Source: Podarcis liolepis
Lineage: Eukaryota
DNA: 64,000 bases
Direction: 5' to 3' (one strand)
NCBI GenBank assembly: GCA_965112155.1
Contig: OZ218102.1
A model generated the notes under the pieces. It did not search any database and was not told the origin of the DNA. It worked only from the letters and a program-made list of their open reading frames with translations. The position numbers and the translations under genes are program-made. How positions within the stretch are numbered: the stretch's first letter is position 1; each line of letters begins with the position of its first letter. Positions 51,673-63,960 of the stretch are shown one piece after another.

Positions 51673-52739
51673 CTGTAGGAGAAGACCAGTAGTATTTGAG
51701 AAACTGCCTTTCAGTAAAGTTTGTTCACCGTTACTGATCTTGATCAGCTACTGAGAAAACTCAGGGTCCCCTATAATACAGCTTGGAAACCACTTCACCC
51801 CACAAAACTGGCTCTCTGTATCCTGCACATACACACTGTAGACAAAAGGGTGGAATGACTAGCAAGGTGAGAACTACAGAGAGCAGAATCCACTCTGATT
51901 AGCAGTGTGCTAAAGGATTACAAAACTGGAGTGATCCTGAGCACATGATCCTGTAAGCTGTTGCCCTACGACCTTTTTGTTTTGGTTGTGGGCTATCATT
52001 TGCATCTCGAGCTAAGTATGTTGATGGCTTGCACAACAGCACTTCACTCAGAATCAGCTCAGTCAACGGTATCCATACCAACCAAGACCATATGCCCGTA
52101 AGCTATACCAGCAAAGCTGCACCCTTCCCCCTTGCAACTCCATACACACATATGTGCCATTCCAGGAATCTTAAGATTTGACAATAAAAGGCTATTACCT
52201 TTCTCCAAGAACATATTATTTGAAGAGACAAGGCAAATGCCTCTGTCGCCCACTCAAAACTTCAATTCCTGCTATTACAAAAGAGAATCACCTCTCTCAC
52301 CTCTTGTTCTCTCTAGTTTCTCTGGTTAGACAACTGAAAAGGGGATAGCCATTAGAATTTTATTGATTCACTATTTCTGTATGGGTACACATAGCCTTTC
52401 TGTGCATGGACCTTTTCAGACAACTTTTAAAGGAGAAGAAATAAAGAAAACTTCTTAGAACAAGTCACAAAGACAGAAAACTCATTCTCCCATTTTCCAG
52501 GCTCAGTCTCTTCCTCTAAAAGAAATACTTTGCTTCTATTGGATTTTCTTCTGCTAATGTTAAATGTGCACATTGTATGATTGTGTGGTATTTGGAGCTG
52601 GCATCGCACCATTTCTCTGCTTTTACACTGGTGCAAGCATCCTTGATTGCAGCAAAGTTGTTGGCACCTGTCTATCTTGAGACACAATGGAGTACATTTC
52701 TTGGGGAGAAGTCAAAACTGCTGTGTTAACAGGACCAAA

Positions 52740-53030
52740 GTGACCTCCCCAGGGTGCAAGCCTGGGAAGTGTGCATGGAGGTCCTGGGCTGCCCAGATGG
52801 CAAGACCCCCCTCTTGGCAGAGCAATTCATTTGGCACCAGCATGGCTGCATGGCCACTGGAATGAGGTGTATAATGTGCCATCCATCTTAGGGCCTCCAC
52901 TCCAGATTTGGTAGGGTTTGCTCCTTAGCCTTTTCTTCTCCCAAAGATGTCCCTCAAGGCTGTGGAGGTTTAGGGTCAGTTTTCCTTCTCCTAAGTGGGC
53001 TGTTTTCCCAGGCTGACAAGTCTCATCAAA
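52740..53030 (-). mobile_element. Probable RTE-clade LINE 5'-UTR remnant
   Basis: Minus strand reads GTCAGCCTGGGAAAACAGCCCACTTAGGAGAAGGAAAACTGACCCTAAACCTCC, resembling the 5' motif of RTE-type elements as I recall it. Confidence 0.4.
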
Positions 53031-53079
53031 ATAAAGGAGAAGAATATAGGATGCAACAGTTCATGGGGGTACACTAGGC

Positions 53080-53966
53080 CAGTGTTTCCCAACCGGTGTT
53101 CCGCGGCACACTAGTGTGCCGCCGAACATTGCCTTGTGTTCCGTGGGAGGGAGACGGGCGAGTCGGGCGGCGAGAGGCGGGGCGGCGGCGGCGAGCACAC
53201 GCGGGGCGGCGAGCGAGCGAGCTCCCACATCCCATCGCCGCTCGCTTCGGCCGGCCTACTGGAGGAAGGCGCGAAAACCCGGCGGGCTTTTGGGTGGGCG
53301 CCAAGCAAGAAAGGCGGGAAGGCTCTGGTCCCTCCCCTCCCGGCGGGGCTCCCGCACGCACCTTTCTGCGCCGCCGCGTCCCGCCTGAGCAGCAACAGGA
53401 GGAGGAGGAGGGAGGCCAGCGCCGGCCGGGTCCCCCGGGGGAGCGGGCGCTCCGGGCTGCTCACCATACCCCGCGTCTCGGGCGCAGCAGCCGGCAGTCC
53501 GAATGCATCCCGAGCCGCGCTGCTCTCGCCTTGCCTCCTTCTTCGCGCCTCCTCCCGGCTCGCGCGCCGTCCCTGCGCGGATCCGTCCAGCCTCCGGCCG
53601 CCGCCGCCGCCCCCTCCTCTTCCTCTCCTTCCCCCACCCACCAACCCGCACGGCGCGCTCCCACCGCCCCCGATGGGCGCAACCACTTCCGGGTCCGCTG
53701 CAGCCGCCCCTTCCCCGCCTCCGGCAGCCGAAAGTCCCCCAGCGGAGCCCGTCTGGCCGCTCCCCCCGCTCCCTGCCCACCTCCCGGTGTTGAGGCGCCC
53801 TCTTTCGTTGCTTCACGGGGAGGGAAAAAACTTTGACTTTTGTGCGTCCCTCCCGGCGTGACGCTGCGCGCTGACGTCACGGGGCGGGGCTTTAATGGTG
53901 GTGTGCCGCGAGATTTTTTTCCGGTAAACAGGTGTGCCGTTGCCCAAAAACGTTTGGGAAACACTG
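53080..53966. mobile_element. Non-autonomous hAT (Buster/Charlie-type) DNA transposon, 887 bp, carrying GC-rich cargo
   Basis: TIRs CAGTGTTTCCCAA(C/A)CG (13 bp perfect, 15/16). Exact 8-bp TSD CACTAGGC at 53072-53079 and 53967-53974, matching the nnnTAnnn Buster target pattern. Subterminal GTGTGCCG/GTGTTCCG repeats at both ends and a perfect 20-bp palindrome GCGGCACACTAGTGTGCCGC at 53103-53122. Confidence 0.9.
53465..53890 (-). promoter_or_regulatory. CpG-island promoter-like and first-exon-like cassette inside the hAT element
   Basis: Very CpG-dense. GC box GGGGCGGGGC at 53881-53890, full CRE TGACGTCA at 53872-53879, half-CRE at 53858-53863, ETS/GABP CCGGAAGTG (minus) at 53692-53684, a (GGC)n tract, then ATG|gtgagc donor at 53465/53464. 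Activity is inferred. Confidence 0.6.
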
Positions 53967-54349
53967 CACTAGGCAGTTTCTGCTATTGGACTAAGTACTT
54001 CCTCTGAATAGAGAAGCAGCTGCACTATTGCTCAGTAGTCTGGTTCTTAAGTTATGCAAGCGATGTGATTACTGCTCCCCATAGCTGCTTTCCACCCTGC
54101 TCCTGTAATGGATGAAGGGCATGTTTATGCAGCTAAAAGCTCATCAGCATCACCTTCTTAACTCAGCCTTTGTTGCTGGTGTGGTTCTTCTCATGTGATC
54201 CTGCATCTCTTTGTGGTTCATCCATTCCTACATTACTGGAGTGATGTGGAACCTAGGACCTGGTTTTCTGTACCAACTGGTTCATCTTGTTGTTTCCAAC
54301 AGCGGCTAGTCTGGTACCTCCCCTGTTGATTGTCTCGATATGGAATACA

Positions 54350-54495
54350 GAGGTATAGCACTTCTGAATTTTGAAGCATCCATAGCTAAAAACAGTTGAT
54401 AGACCTTTCTCCATGATTACTCCTTTAAAATGTCATTGAGGACGGCACTCATTGCCACATCATGTGGCAGTGAATTCTATAAGTTAAGTATACAT
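54350..54495 (-). mobile_element. CR1 LINE 3' fragment
   Basis: Reverse complement resembles the CR1 C-terminus (WNSLP.DV) and 3' UTR. Confidence 0.5.
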
Positions 54496-55617
54496 TTGGG
54501 AAGGGGGAATTAAGCATGCAAGCCCAGACTACACATTGATGTAAAATATAGTTTGATCCTTGTTTGCCGACACTATTGCAGAATAGGGCTCTAAGCTGCT
54601 TTTGGTAGGTTGACCCCCAAATCTTTTATTACCTGACCTCTATGCATACTCCCACACACACTTCATTTCCAGCAGATCTAGGGAAAAACATTAAACATTA
54701 AAATCTCAAACAGGATGCTGACCACCTAGGCTGTTGACATTCTTAGATAACCCCTCTCTCACTAACTAGACTTAATCTAAGAATGTCAGCTGCCTAGGTG
54801 GTGAGCTTCCTGTTTGAGAAATTGACTAGAGCTTCAACAGAAAAGTTTGCCAAGTCTGCTGAAAAGTCAGTCTCCATGGACAGACTGAAGACCTATTGGA
54901 TTCATCAACCTCTGGGGAAGCACCATTCTAGCAAATCCCTCACCCTGTGGGACTCAGACAAATGGGACTTAGGCATGACTAAGTTTTGCTGAAAATATAG
55001 CCACTTTTAACTAATGTTTATGTAATTTCTGCTGATGAAATTATCTGAGGGGAAAAACTATTTCTATATGTATCACCACTTTTCTCTCAAATCTCCCTTG
55101 AAGTTCTGCCACCACCAGATGTCAGAAAAAAGAAAAACGAAGATGGGGGGGACGCCGCCGCCGCCAGTTGCAGCATGTCTCTAAAATCTAACATTTTTCA
55201 ATGCTCCTGTTAAAATAAGTATTTAGGCTATTGTTTGTTCTCTTGAAGGCATTAATGCTCATTGCCAAGATTACAGAAAATATAGTAGACATCAGTGCTT
55301 CTGCATCCCTTTAAGGGGCTGGTATGTGATGTTGTATTACAATGGATTTGCAAATGCAGAGCAGTGGCTATAAACACTTACTCAAGGGACTATTCATGTC
55401 TCAGCCCATCTGAAACTGGCGCACACAGAGAATGTGGGTTTTATATAAACAAGCTATATATAGATAAATGCAGCTTGTCCTTTACTCTTCTCCTTTCTCC
55501 TGTGAGGTTTTTGGAAAACCAAGTGAGGCTTCTTGCCGTCTGTGTAGTACGTACACCCTTCAGGATTGCATGTAAGCTTTGGCACTGAGGGTTGAAAGAT
55601 GTGAGCACTGTGCTCAT

Positions 55618-55650
<33 letters not shown>
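55618..55650. repeat. (GTA)n microsatellite at the tail of a reversed L2 3' end
   Basis: 11 perfect GTA units. Confidence 0.95.
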
Positions 55651-56539
55651 ACAATAATTTTATTAGTTATACGCTGCCCATCTAGTTGGGTTGCCCCAGC
55701 CACTCTGGGCAGCTTCCAACACACATAAAAACATAATAAAATATCAAACATTAAAAATAATGCAAGTAAACCCATTATGCTTTCTGGGTTCAGAAAGTAG
55801 CATTTTTGGTGTTTAAAGCACTCTCTCAATTCGGATCTTAAAGCACTTTTAAGGGTATTGCTCCTTAATTTAGCACCAGTTTTAAGGCAGTGCAGGTGCC
55901 CCCACCCACACTGCTCAGGGCACTGAGCCAAGGGGCACAAACTTGAGAAGATCCATAATTGAGAAGATCCACTTTTGGCTTCACACAGGGCGTTAAAGAT
56001 TGCCAAAGTCTGCCCCTGCCTTAACCTCTCCCTGTTAAGTTGCAAACTCTGGAATCGGCACCAGTTCCCTGACTTAACCCTGTATTTCCCCTTTGGCTAA
56101 TGGCAGGTCCCATTTGGATTGCGGCAGTGGTATGGGATCCTAGAGTTAGAGTCCCCTACTCCCTGCCCACAGTAGCCCCAATCCAAATCTGGAGCCCCTG
56201 CAGCTGCTTTCTCTACAATAAAAATACAGCAAGCATTCCAATCACATATATAGTGTACCCTCAGACTTCCATGCATTACATACCAGCAAACAGAGGTTTG
56301 CCAGTTAATACACATTAATCTGTGTACTCACTCTGGTTTATTTTGCACCCAGTGTGCTCCACCACTGATTTGGAAATTGTGTACACACAATGTTAACTAC
56401 AATCCACATCTACTGTTTTGTGTTTTAAATGAAATGCTATGCTTTGATGCATGTTACCCTGAGCCAGTGCCAATACTAATTGGGAAAAAAAGTTATGTTT
56501 GAAGTTGCCCTTAGACCCGCCCCAACTGATACAGGAATA

Positions 56540-56767
56540 CAGTGGTACCTCGGGTTAAGAACTTAATTCGTTTTGGAGGTCTGTTCTTAACCTGAAACTG
56601 TTCTTAACCTGAAGCACCACTTTAGCTAATGGGGCCTCCTGTTGCTGCACGATTTCTGTTCTCATCCTGAAGCAAAGTTCTTAATCCGAGGTAATATTTC
56701 TGGGTTAGTGGAGTCTGTAACCTGAAGCGTATGTAACCTGAAGTGTATGTAACCCGAGGTACCACTG
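56540..56767 (+). mobile_element. Tc1/mariner MITE, same family
   Basis: TA|CAGTGGTACCTCGGGTTA...TAACCCGAGGTACCACTG|TA. Confidence 0.9.
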
Positions 56768-59700
56768 TAATAACACCAGTCTATTTTTTGTGGGCTGTTT
56801 TAAAAATTATTGCGTAATTAGCTTAAAACACTTTGAACACTTGAAATGTGCCGCAAAAACATTAAATAGTATTATTTTCAAGGTGCAGTTTACCAAGGCT
56901 TCCTTCTTAGCTATTGCCATGGGTGATGTCAGAGGGTGGGAGGGCAAGCGCCCCCCAAAGGAGCTCCCCACCCTTGCCTCCTCCATTTTGGGACTCCTGT
57001 CATTAACATATACTACTATTTTTCTTCCAGAGTCCTTAACATGTAGTAGCAGGACACAACTCCCTCACTTCTGTGTCCCCCGAAAATTTCTTTCTTTTGC
57101 TGCCACCAGCTATCATAAAGGCTCTTGGCATTAATATGCTCGTTACTTTTAACAGTGATACTGTTTTAGTTGCTACGGGGGGAGAATAACATTCACAAAT
57201 CTAGAAGGAAGAGTCTTCCTGGCTTTTGTCCGGAGGAATCCCTGTGTGCCCTAGTTAGAGCAGTAACTAGAGGGTGGGGGAGTTTAAATCTTGGAAATCC
57301 CCCCAGAAACCTGGCACGAGCACACAGCTAGACAGGCTCCTATTTAGTCTGCTTGCATCCGATTCTTTAGCCTCAAGCAAAACTACGTACAGAACAACCA
57401 TTCAAAACAGAGACAAATAACTGCTTACCTTTCTGGCTACCTCCTCCAGCCAAATATCTGTCCTACAGATTATCTGGGACCACCCGGCGAAGTTTTTCTG
57501 CAGCCCATCCTTCCTGCCAACCTGCTAGCAACTTCAGGTTCTTGTTTTGCAAAAAGGAGCAGGCAAGCAGCGGGCTCTAAGCCAAGCCAGGGAGCTGAAC
57601 GGCTTTTCCTGCTGGCATGTGTTCAGTGGATCTGAAGTCATTAACGAGAGAGAAATCTGTCCACCTTCTGAAATCTCCCGAGGCTTCTTGCCCAGGCGCA
57701 CTATCTGCAAATCTCTCAGGTTCTCTCTCCCCCCGCTGTAATTTTGCACAGTTTTCCTCCGCCCCTGCCAAATCAAACGCGACGAAATGGCAATTTTCCT
57801 TGCTTACTACACTTGTTGACTCAGGAATGTTGTCTTTTGTTGCCACTTTTTTCTCCCTCAAAGAAGGAAAAATGTCTTGCACTGTGGGAGAAACTTGGGA
57901 AAGGGAAAAAAGGGCTGAAAATAACGCTCTACAGTGCCACCCTATGCACGTTTACTCAGATGTAAGTTTCCACGGATTTCCATAGGATTTACTCTCTAGA
58001 GTATGGGGTTGCAGCCTAAAACCATGAGCAAGAGTATTTGTATAACATGGTTACGTGGGGGAAAAGGGCACATTCTAAGATTTTCTTCGTGCTTTGGGCT
58101 TCTGATATTCCCTCAAAGTTAAGCTACTGCAACAGCTTTTATGATGCAAATGTAGCGAGCGAAGACAGCGTCATGGGAACAGATTTTGGGATTTTGATGG
58201 TTAACCTGTTGAGTAGGTAATAAGTAAACAGGGCTAAGTAAACAGGGTTTCCCCCATTTGGAAGCATTTCTCCCCATTTCCTAATTTGTAAGACCTGCCT
58301 ATCAAAGGTAGGCAAGCTATATCCTTTGGGTGGCGAGCTATATACTTCTGTAATAAATATACAAGCAGATAGTTTTAAAAAATTGATCCCCTTGTCAGAA
58401 TTTCTCATTGATCCTTCAAGAGGGAAATCTGTTTGATGTAAGGTTCAGGAGTGTGGGTTAGTTCCCAGGCAGTGCAATCCTCGGCTTACACAGTCTCGCT
58501 TACTCCGAATCCGGCGTGCTCCCACCAGTGGTGTTTGAAGCCAAATACGCACGATGTTAGCCACAATCAATCCGTCTCTTGCAGCTTCTTGTTTGATGTG
58601 CTTTCTCTCAGAGCAGCTTGTGTCTGATTAGAAAATGGAAGGTGTGGTTAAGCTGAGGTGTGTACAGTCCAGGCAGCCATTGCACACGTGCGGATGATAC
58701 CACACGCACAGAAGGCAGCTTCGGTGAATTAGAACTGGGTGTGGGGAAACCAGTCATGTAATGAGCATCGAGGGGAAATATCCTTGTCCCCTTTTAAGCA
58801 CATAACGCCCCCTAACCGCATTTATTCAGAAGTAAATTCCACTTTTTTCTTCCCCCATACCTTTTGATTTCTCTTTTCATTTAATCTTCTTGTTGTCTGT
58901 GTTTTGACTTTTGCTTGCCTCAAGGGATTTTTACTTATTTCATTTATCCGCCATAGCCTGCCTTATCAATTATGACTTTATAAGAGTCATTTTGTGTGGC
59001 TGTTTCATATACAGTACGGTCTAGTTAGTGTACACACCAACCCATTTGTAGCACAAAAATGTGTTGTTGTTTTCTGAATTAGGGCTTACTCATTCTTGTC
59101 CTCATGAAGCATGCTGCTTTTGTTCTAGAGTGATTCCAGACGGTGGCATTAACAAGGGTGGATGTGGTTACTTGATGCACATTTGAAACCCCCGCCTTTA
59201 TTAGATTATCCACACCTTCCCCTCCCTGCACGTGTCCCAGGTGAATGAAGAAAGAAGAGGTGATTGTGACTTTACTGTGGGTCCACACACAATAGCATTG
59301 GGCAGGTGTGGACCTCCCCCACATTGTTGGGACGACCCCCCCATCTGTTTTCAAATGTGGGGTAATATAAAATCAATTTGCAATGAACTTTTATTTGTTG
59401 GAATGAAACCAGTTTCTCAACAATATATTTTCAGGAGCAAAAAATATACAGATTGTGTGTGGATGACAGACAAAAATCAGTCTCTCTTGATTCTACAATA
59501 AAATGGTGGGTGTATACTAGGGATGGGTGATAAATCAATATATTGTCCCAAACTGGATTGAAGTCCATATTGTGATATTGGTTTCATAATGTTTGACCTG
59601 CTTACTTTATTGGAGCTCAATAAAGCAAACTCATTGTTACAACCCTTACAGACTGGGGGTGCTCTGAGGTGCACAATAATTTACAATGTAAAATTCAGAA

Positions 59701-61446
59701 CAAACAAAACCAAAGAGAGGAAACTAGATCCTTTTTAGTTCTTATTTCCCATCCCTGCAAACCAACTTTAAAGATGCCTAGCATAAAAACCTCTGGACCT
59801 ATTTCTAATTTGTCAGGTTTCCTTCCCATGTTTATTTCCCAATAACAATGTGTTATGGGAAGTTTTGTTTTTTGACTTGGTTTTGGCCTCAAACCCCAAG
59901 CCAAATCAGGCAGCCTTCAGATCAAGGCATGCTGTTTTCTGAAGTGCCACATCAAGTCTGAACCAAATCTTGAGGTCATTGCATACCTGCTACTTGTAGA
60001 AATCCCCTTTTAATGAAAGGTGAGCTGTCAGGAAGCAGAATTCTGTACCCAGTACTGCACATTTGTTCCCCAGAGCCCTGGAGAATTGTGGTATAGACAT
60101 ATCCTGAGTTACATCTTGCTTAACTCAGCAATTTAACAATTCATAACATTCCCCCCTAGGTTTATGTGGTCAGTTTGTTTTCACAATGGGAAGAATGTAA
60201 GAAACAGCTTCATTTTCTGGTGGGGGTACCATGCATTAACTGAGTTTCTTTTCTTCCATGGCTCCAAGTAGGCTCAAAATGTCATCTCTAACTGTGCATT
60301 TTCTTACTGCTAAAACTAGTACAGTGTCCTTCCCACAACATTTACTTAGTGCTAAGAAAATAACACATTTACACATGCTGAGATGAAATTTCGGCCAGAC
60401 ACTTTTGCCTTGCATCTCTGCACCCTTTCTGTAAAAAATAAGCAACATCTTCAGCTTATTAACAATGGTTTCTGGTGAAGGCCCTCATTCTAATAAGTGG
60501 AAGAATGTCCTTGAAAATTTGAATGCAATGGGCCCATAGTCTAGATCAATTCAATCTGGAGTGTGGCCACTTTGTTTGTTTAATGTAGGAGACTATCCAG
60601 AGATTAACCAACTCTCCCTGGCATCTAAAATTTTATTTCGACTTTTGGGGGGAAATGCTGTTAATTGATTGGGGCCCCATTTCATATCTACACTTAATGA
60701 CATATAAAGTATGCCAGGTTTGTATATCAAATAAGCAGTTATCATGCCTGTTCCAGGGGTTGTTTTCGAGTGCAGCCGTAGCTCTTTAGGAACCAAAGAC
60801 AGCTGACAACAGCTATGTCTTTTCAATGAAATATCACATCCTTCAGTGAACCATTGACTATTTTTTTGTTGAATGTACACAAACAATGTGAAAAGGCTAA
60901 AGCAGAAGGCAACCATTTCTTTGTTTTAGTCTTAGACCATAATAAAAATGCCATTAAAACAAGGTAATAACAGGAGCTAATAAAAGTACTAAGCGTATTT
61001 CTAATACAACAAGCCCTTAAATCAAACTCTGTTATGTATTGACCAGAGCCAAGGGAAGGGAAGTCATTTGGCTGGAGCTGGTGGGAGTCAAAGTCTAAAA
61101 CATCTGTGATCTTTCAAAAATATAGCTAAAACATTTTATGGACATTCAGAATGATAGGGTAGTGAAACTGCATGGGTAGCCAATGTGGTACCCTAGAGGT
61201 TGTTGGACTCCCATCATCCCTCACCACTGGCCATGCTGACTAGGACTGATTTGGAGTCCAGCAGCATCTAGATTGTGTCATGTTGGCTTCCCGCTGTTAT
61301 AGTACTTTTCCTATTTATACTGTGCCCATCTGACTGGGTTGCTCTGGGTGGCTTTAAGCATATATAAAGACATAATAAAACATTAAACATAAATAAAATA
61401 TCCCTATACAGGGCTGCCTTCAGACAGCTTAGGGGTCAGATAACAC

Positions 61447-61584
61447 CACACCTTCCAACATTTATCTGATGAAAATAGGGATGTCCTAAGGAAAAGTGGG
61501 ACATTTCAGGACCCAATCAGAAACCGGGATGGCTTCTGTAAATCCAGGACTGTCCCTGGAAAATAGGGACACTTGGAGGGTCTG
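61447..61584. mobile_element. hAT-like MITE with GGGAC/GTCCC internal repeats
   Basis: Termini CACACCTTCCAAC ... CTTGGAGGGTCTG form imperfect inverted repeats. Related to the 45522 element. Confidence 0.6.
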
Positions 61585-63302
61585 CTAAGGTAGGTGAAGA
61601 CATTGCTCAATAGATTGCTAGCAATGTGAGACAGCTTTCACTCCCATGTTGGTACATAAACACAGCGTACTATGTTTACTTTGGAATTTGCCAGAGGGGC
61701 CAAATCTTTTTGGACGTGTACATTATCCTCCTTTTAAATTCAAGTTTTGCGGTAACTGCCCTAAAGCCAGTAAAATAATCTAGCGAGAAGCCATGCAATT
61801 AGACCATCTGCCAAGCCCTCTGCAGCCACGATATGTAAATTGACAAGCTAAATTGGCTTTGCTCCAATAAACAAAATTTTGGAAGCTTAAACCAAGAAAA
61901 GCAATAGCATTCTGTGGCTTTAATTATACGGTGTGTAACATCTCCCTGGTGGACTGAAGGCCTCTGTCCAAGACCATCAGCTGGGGGTGGTTGTTTTGTG
62001 TGCTGAGCTGCTAGCAGCAGTTCCTGCATCCAAACTTGCCAGTTCAAAATCCAAAATATAAAATGCAAGTCTAACAGCTCAATTATGACGCCTACATTAA
62101 CAAATTTGGGCAAATTCCTAAACCTCATCTAGGACAAGATGAACGCAAACTAAGATTGTAGATATGCTGAAGATGCTTTCAGGTAATTAATCACCCTTAG
62201 TGTTTTAAAGTCTCTATGATATGAACCTTGTCTGATCTGTCTATCCTTCCTTGTATACATCTGAAAATGTTGGTGTCTAGAGTTTTGCTTCTTCTGAATC
62301 ATACCAGCTGTTATATTCTAGCTACATGGAAGTCAGAGTATAGGGATTTTCTCCTACCGTGGAGTACTTGACTAAGGAAGTATCTTATTCTATTAACTTC
62401 CTAAAGACCATAGTTGGTAACCTCCCCCTCTGCCTCTTTGTAAATTTAAAATAATAGACAAGAAAGAGGACTAGCAAGTAATTTTTAAAAGGGGGGGATA
62501 TGAATTTGATATCATGTTACTAGACTAAATAAAATTGTCAATATGGTCTCCCATTTTCTAAAGAACCATTTTAACAGGGGTGGGTGGAAATCCCCCCCCC
62601 AAAAAAAAACCCCAATGAAAGTGACATTTTAATTTCTATTAAGCTATTATGGCTGAACTTCAATTCTCAGCTCAGACCTACATCGTTGTGGTGGGAAGTC
62701 TATAATCCAAAGCCAGTGCTGGACTTAATAATGACAATACTTAGCGTTTACTTCAGGCTTCCCCATGTGATGCTCCCCAGATGTTTTGGAGTACAACTCT
62801 CATTATTCCTGACACTGGCTATTGTAATACAAAACATCTGCAGAGCACCATTGTGCTTTTGGACTGATCAAAGCACTCTGCGTGCATCAGATGTGGGGAA
62901 CGTTTGTCAGCCTGAGGCCTGTAGGCCCTTGTGGGGAACCTTCTAGGGACTTCATGACATTGGTGTCTGGAGCCAAAGTCAAGAGCGGCTGAAGCAATCG
63001 CACATTTCAGTGCAATCACTGAAGCACATTTCAGCTACCCCAAACCAGAGGTTTCTACAGAGACAGACATTTATGTCTCTGTCCTCCATCTAAGCAAGCA
63101 AGCAGACATTCCAGCTAGGCAAGAGCACTCGAGGAGGGACTGGAGAAGAAAGGGGCGGCCCGAGGGGGCCATGGTGTAGGGAGAGTCCCAAAGGCAGCCA
63201 CACAGAGAGCCCTGGGAGATCACATTCTCTGGTCCTGACATTGAGGGAACCCTGTTAGGCAAGACAGTATCACCTCCATAACGCAGATGGCACTTTCATA
63301 GG

Positions 63303-63960
63303 TTTTTTTTAAAAAAATATAGTTTTAATGAACGATTTTCTTGGGTTACAAAAGTACATACATTGTTTCTATTTTCAGATCATAACGACCTTTCTACAGA
63401 TCAGTTATATTCGATGTGAGACATTAATGTTGTATGCAGTAGGAAGTTGGGGAGAAGAGAGGCAGGGAGAGAAAGCAGGTGCGGGGGGAGAGGGGGGTAG
63501 TAAACTTTCATCGTTTTACATAGTGTATGTGCAAAGTTCTTGTGTCAGCGTCACATGGGTGGGTTGTCTTTCTATTCATTTATTAGTTGTCATTGGCAGT
63601 GAGAGAGGCTAGGGGGCACAGAGCACGGTTGGTTGCCTTCAGCTGACTAAATTTTGTTTGCGTGTGTGTGCGGGTAGATGGGCGTTGGGTGAAGTTAGCC
63701 ATGTCAGTTCATATGCTGTCAGTGGTTTATTGTTGTTTTCTTGTCGGGCTGTGTGTGGGGAGCCACACAGGGGTGAAGACGTCCTCTTCTATTTCTCCCT
63801 GTGTTCGTCTCGGTTTGTTGGTTAGCTTTTCTAGTAAGGCAGTTTCCCATACAGTTTGGTACCAGTGGTCCATGTTCACTCCTGAGCGCTCCCTCCAGTG
63901 TCTAGCTATGATGCTGTGGGCTGCTAAGAGTAGGTGGCTTATAGTTGAGTGTGAAATATG
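63303..63960 (-). mobile_element. L1-clade LINE 3' fragment (ORF2 C-terminus and 3' UTR)
   Basis: The minus frame reads HLLLAAHSIIARHWRERSGVNMDHWYQTVWETALLEKLTNK...VFTPVWLP, typical of the ORF2 end of non-mammalian L1/Tx1. The T-run at 63303 is the reversed tail. Confidence 0.75.

Noticed and set aside
53074-53964. Cluster of long overlapping ORFs (up to 246 aa) on both strands
   Set aside because: Expected from stop-codon scarcity in very GC-rich DNA. The products are low-complexity Pro/Arg/Gly/Ala, with no hAT transposase or other domain motifs.
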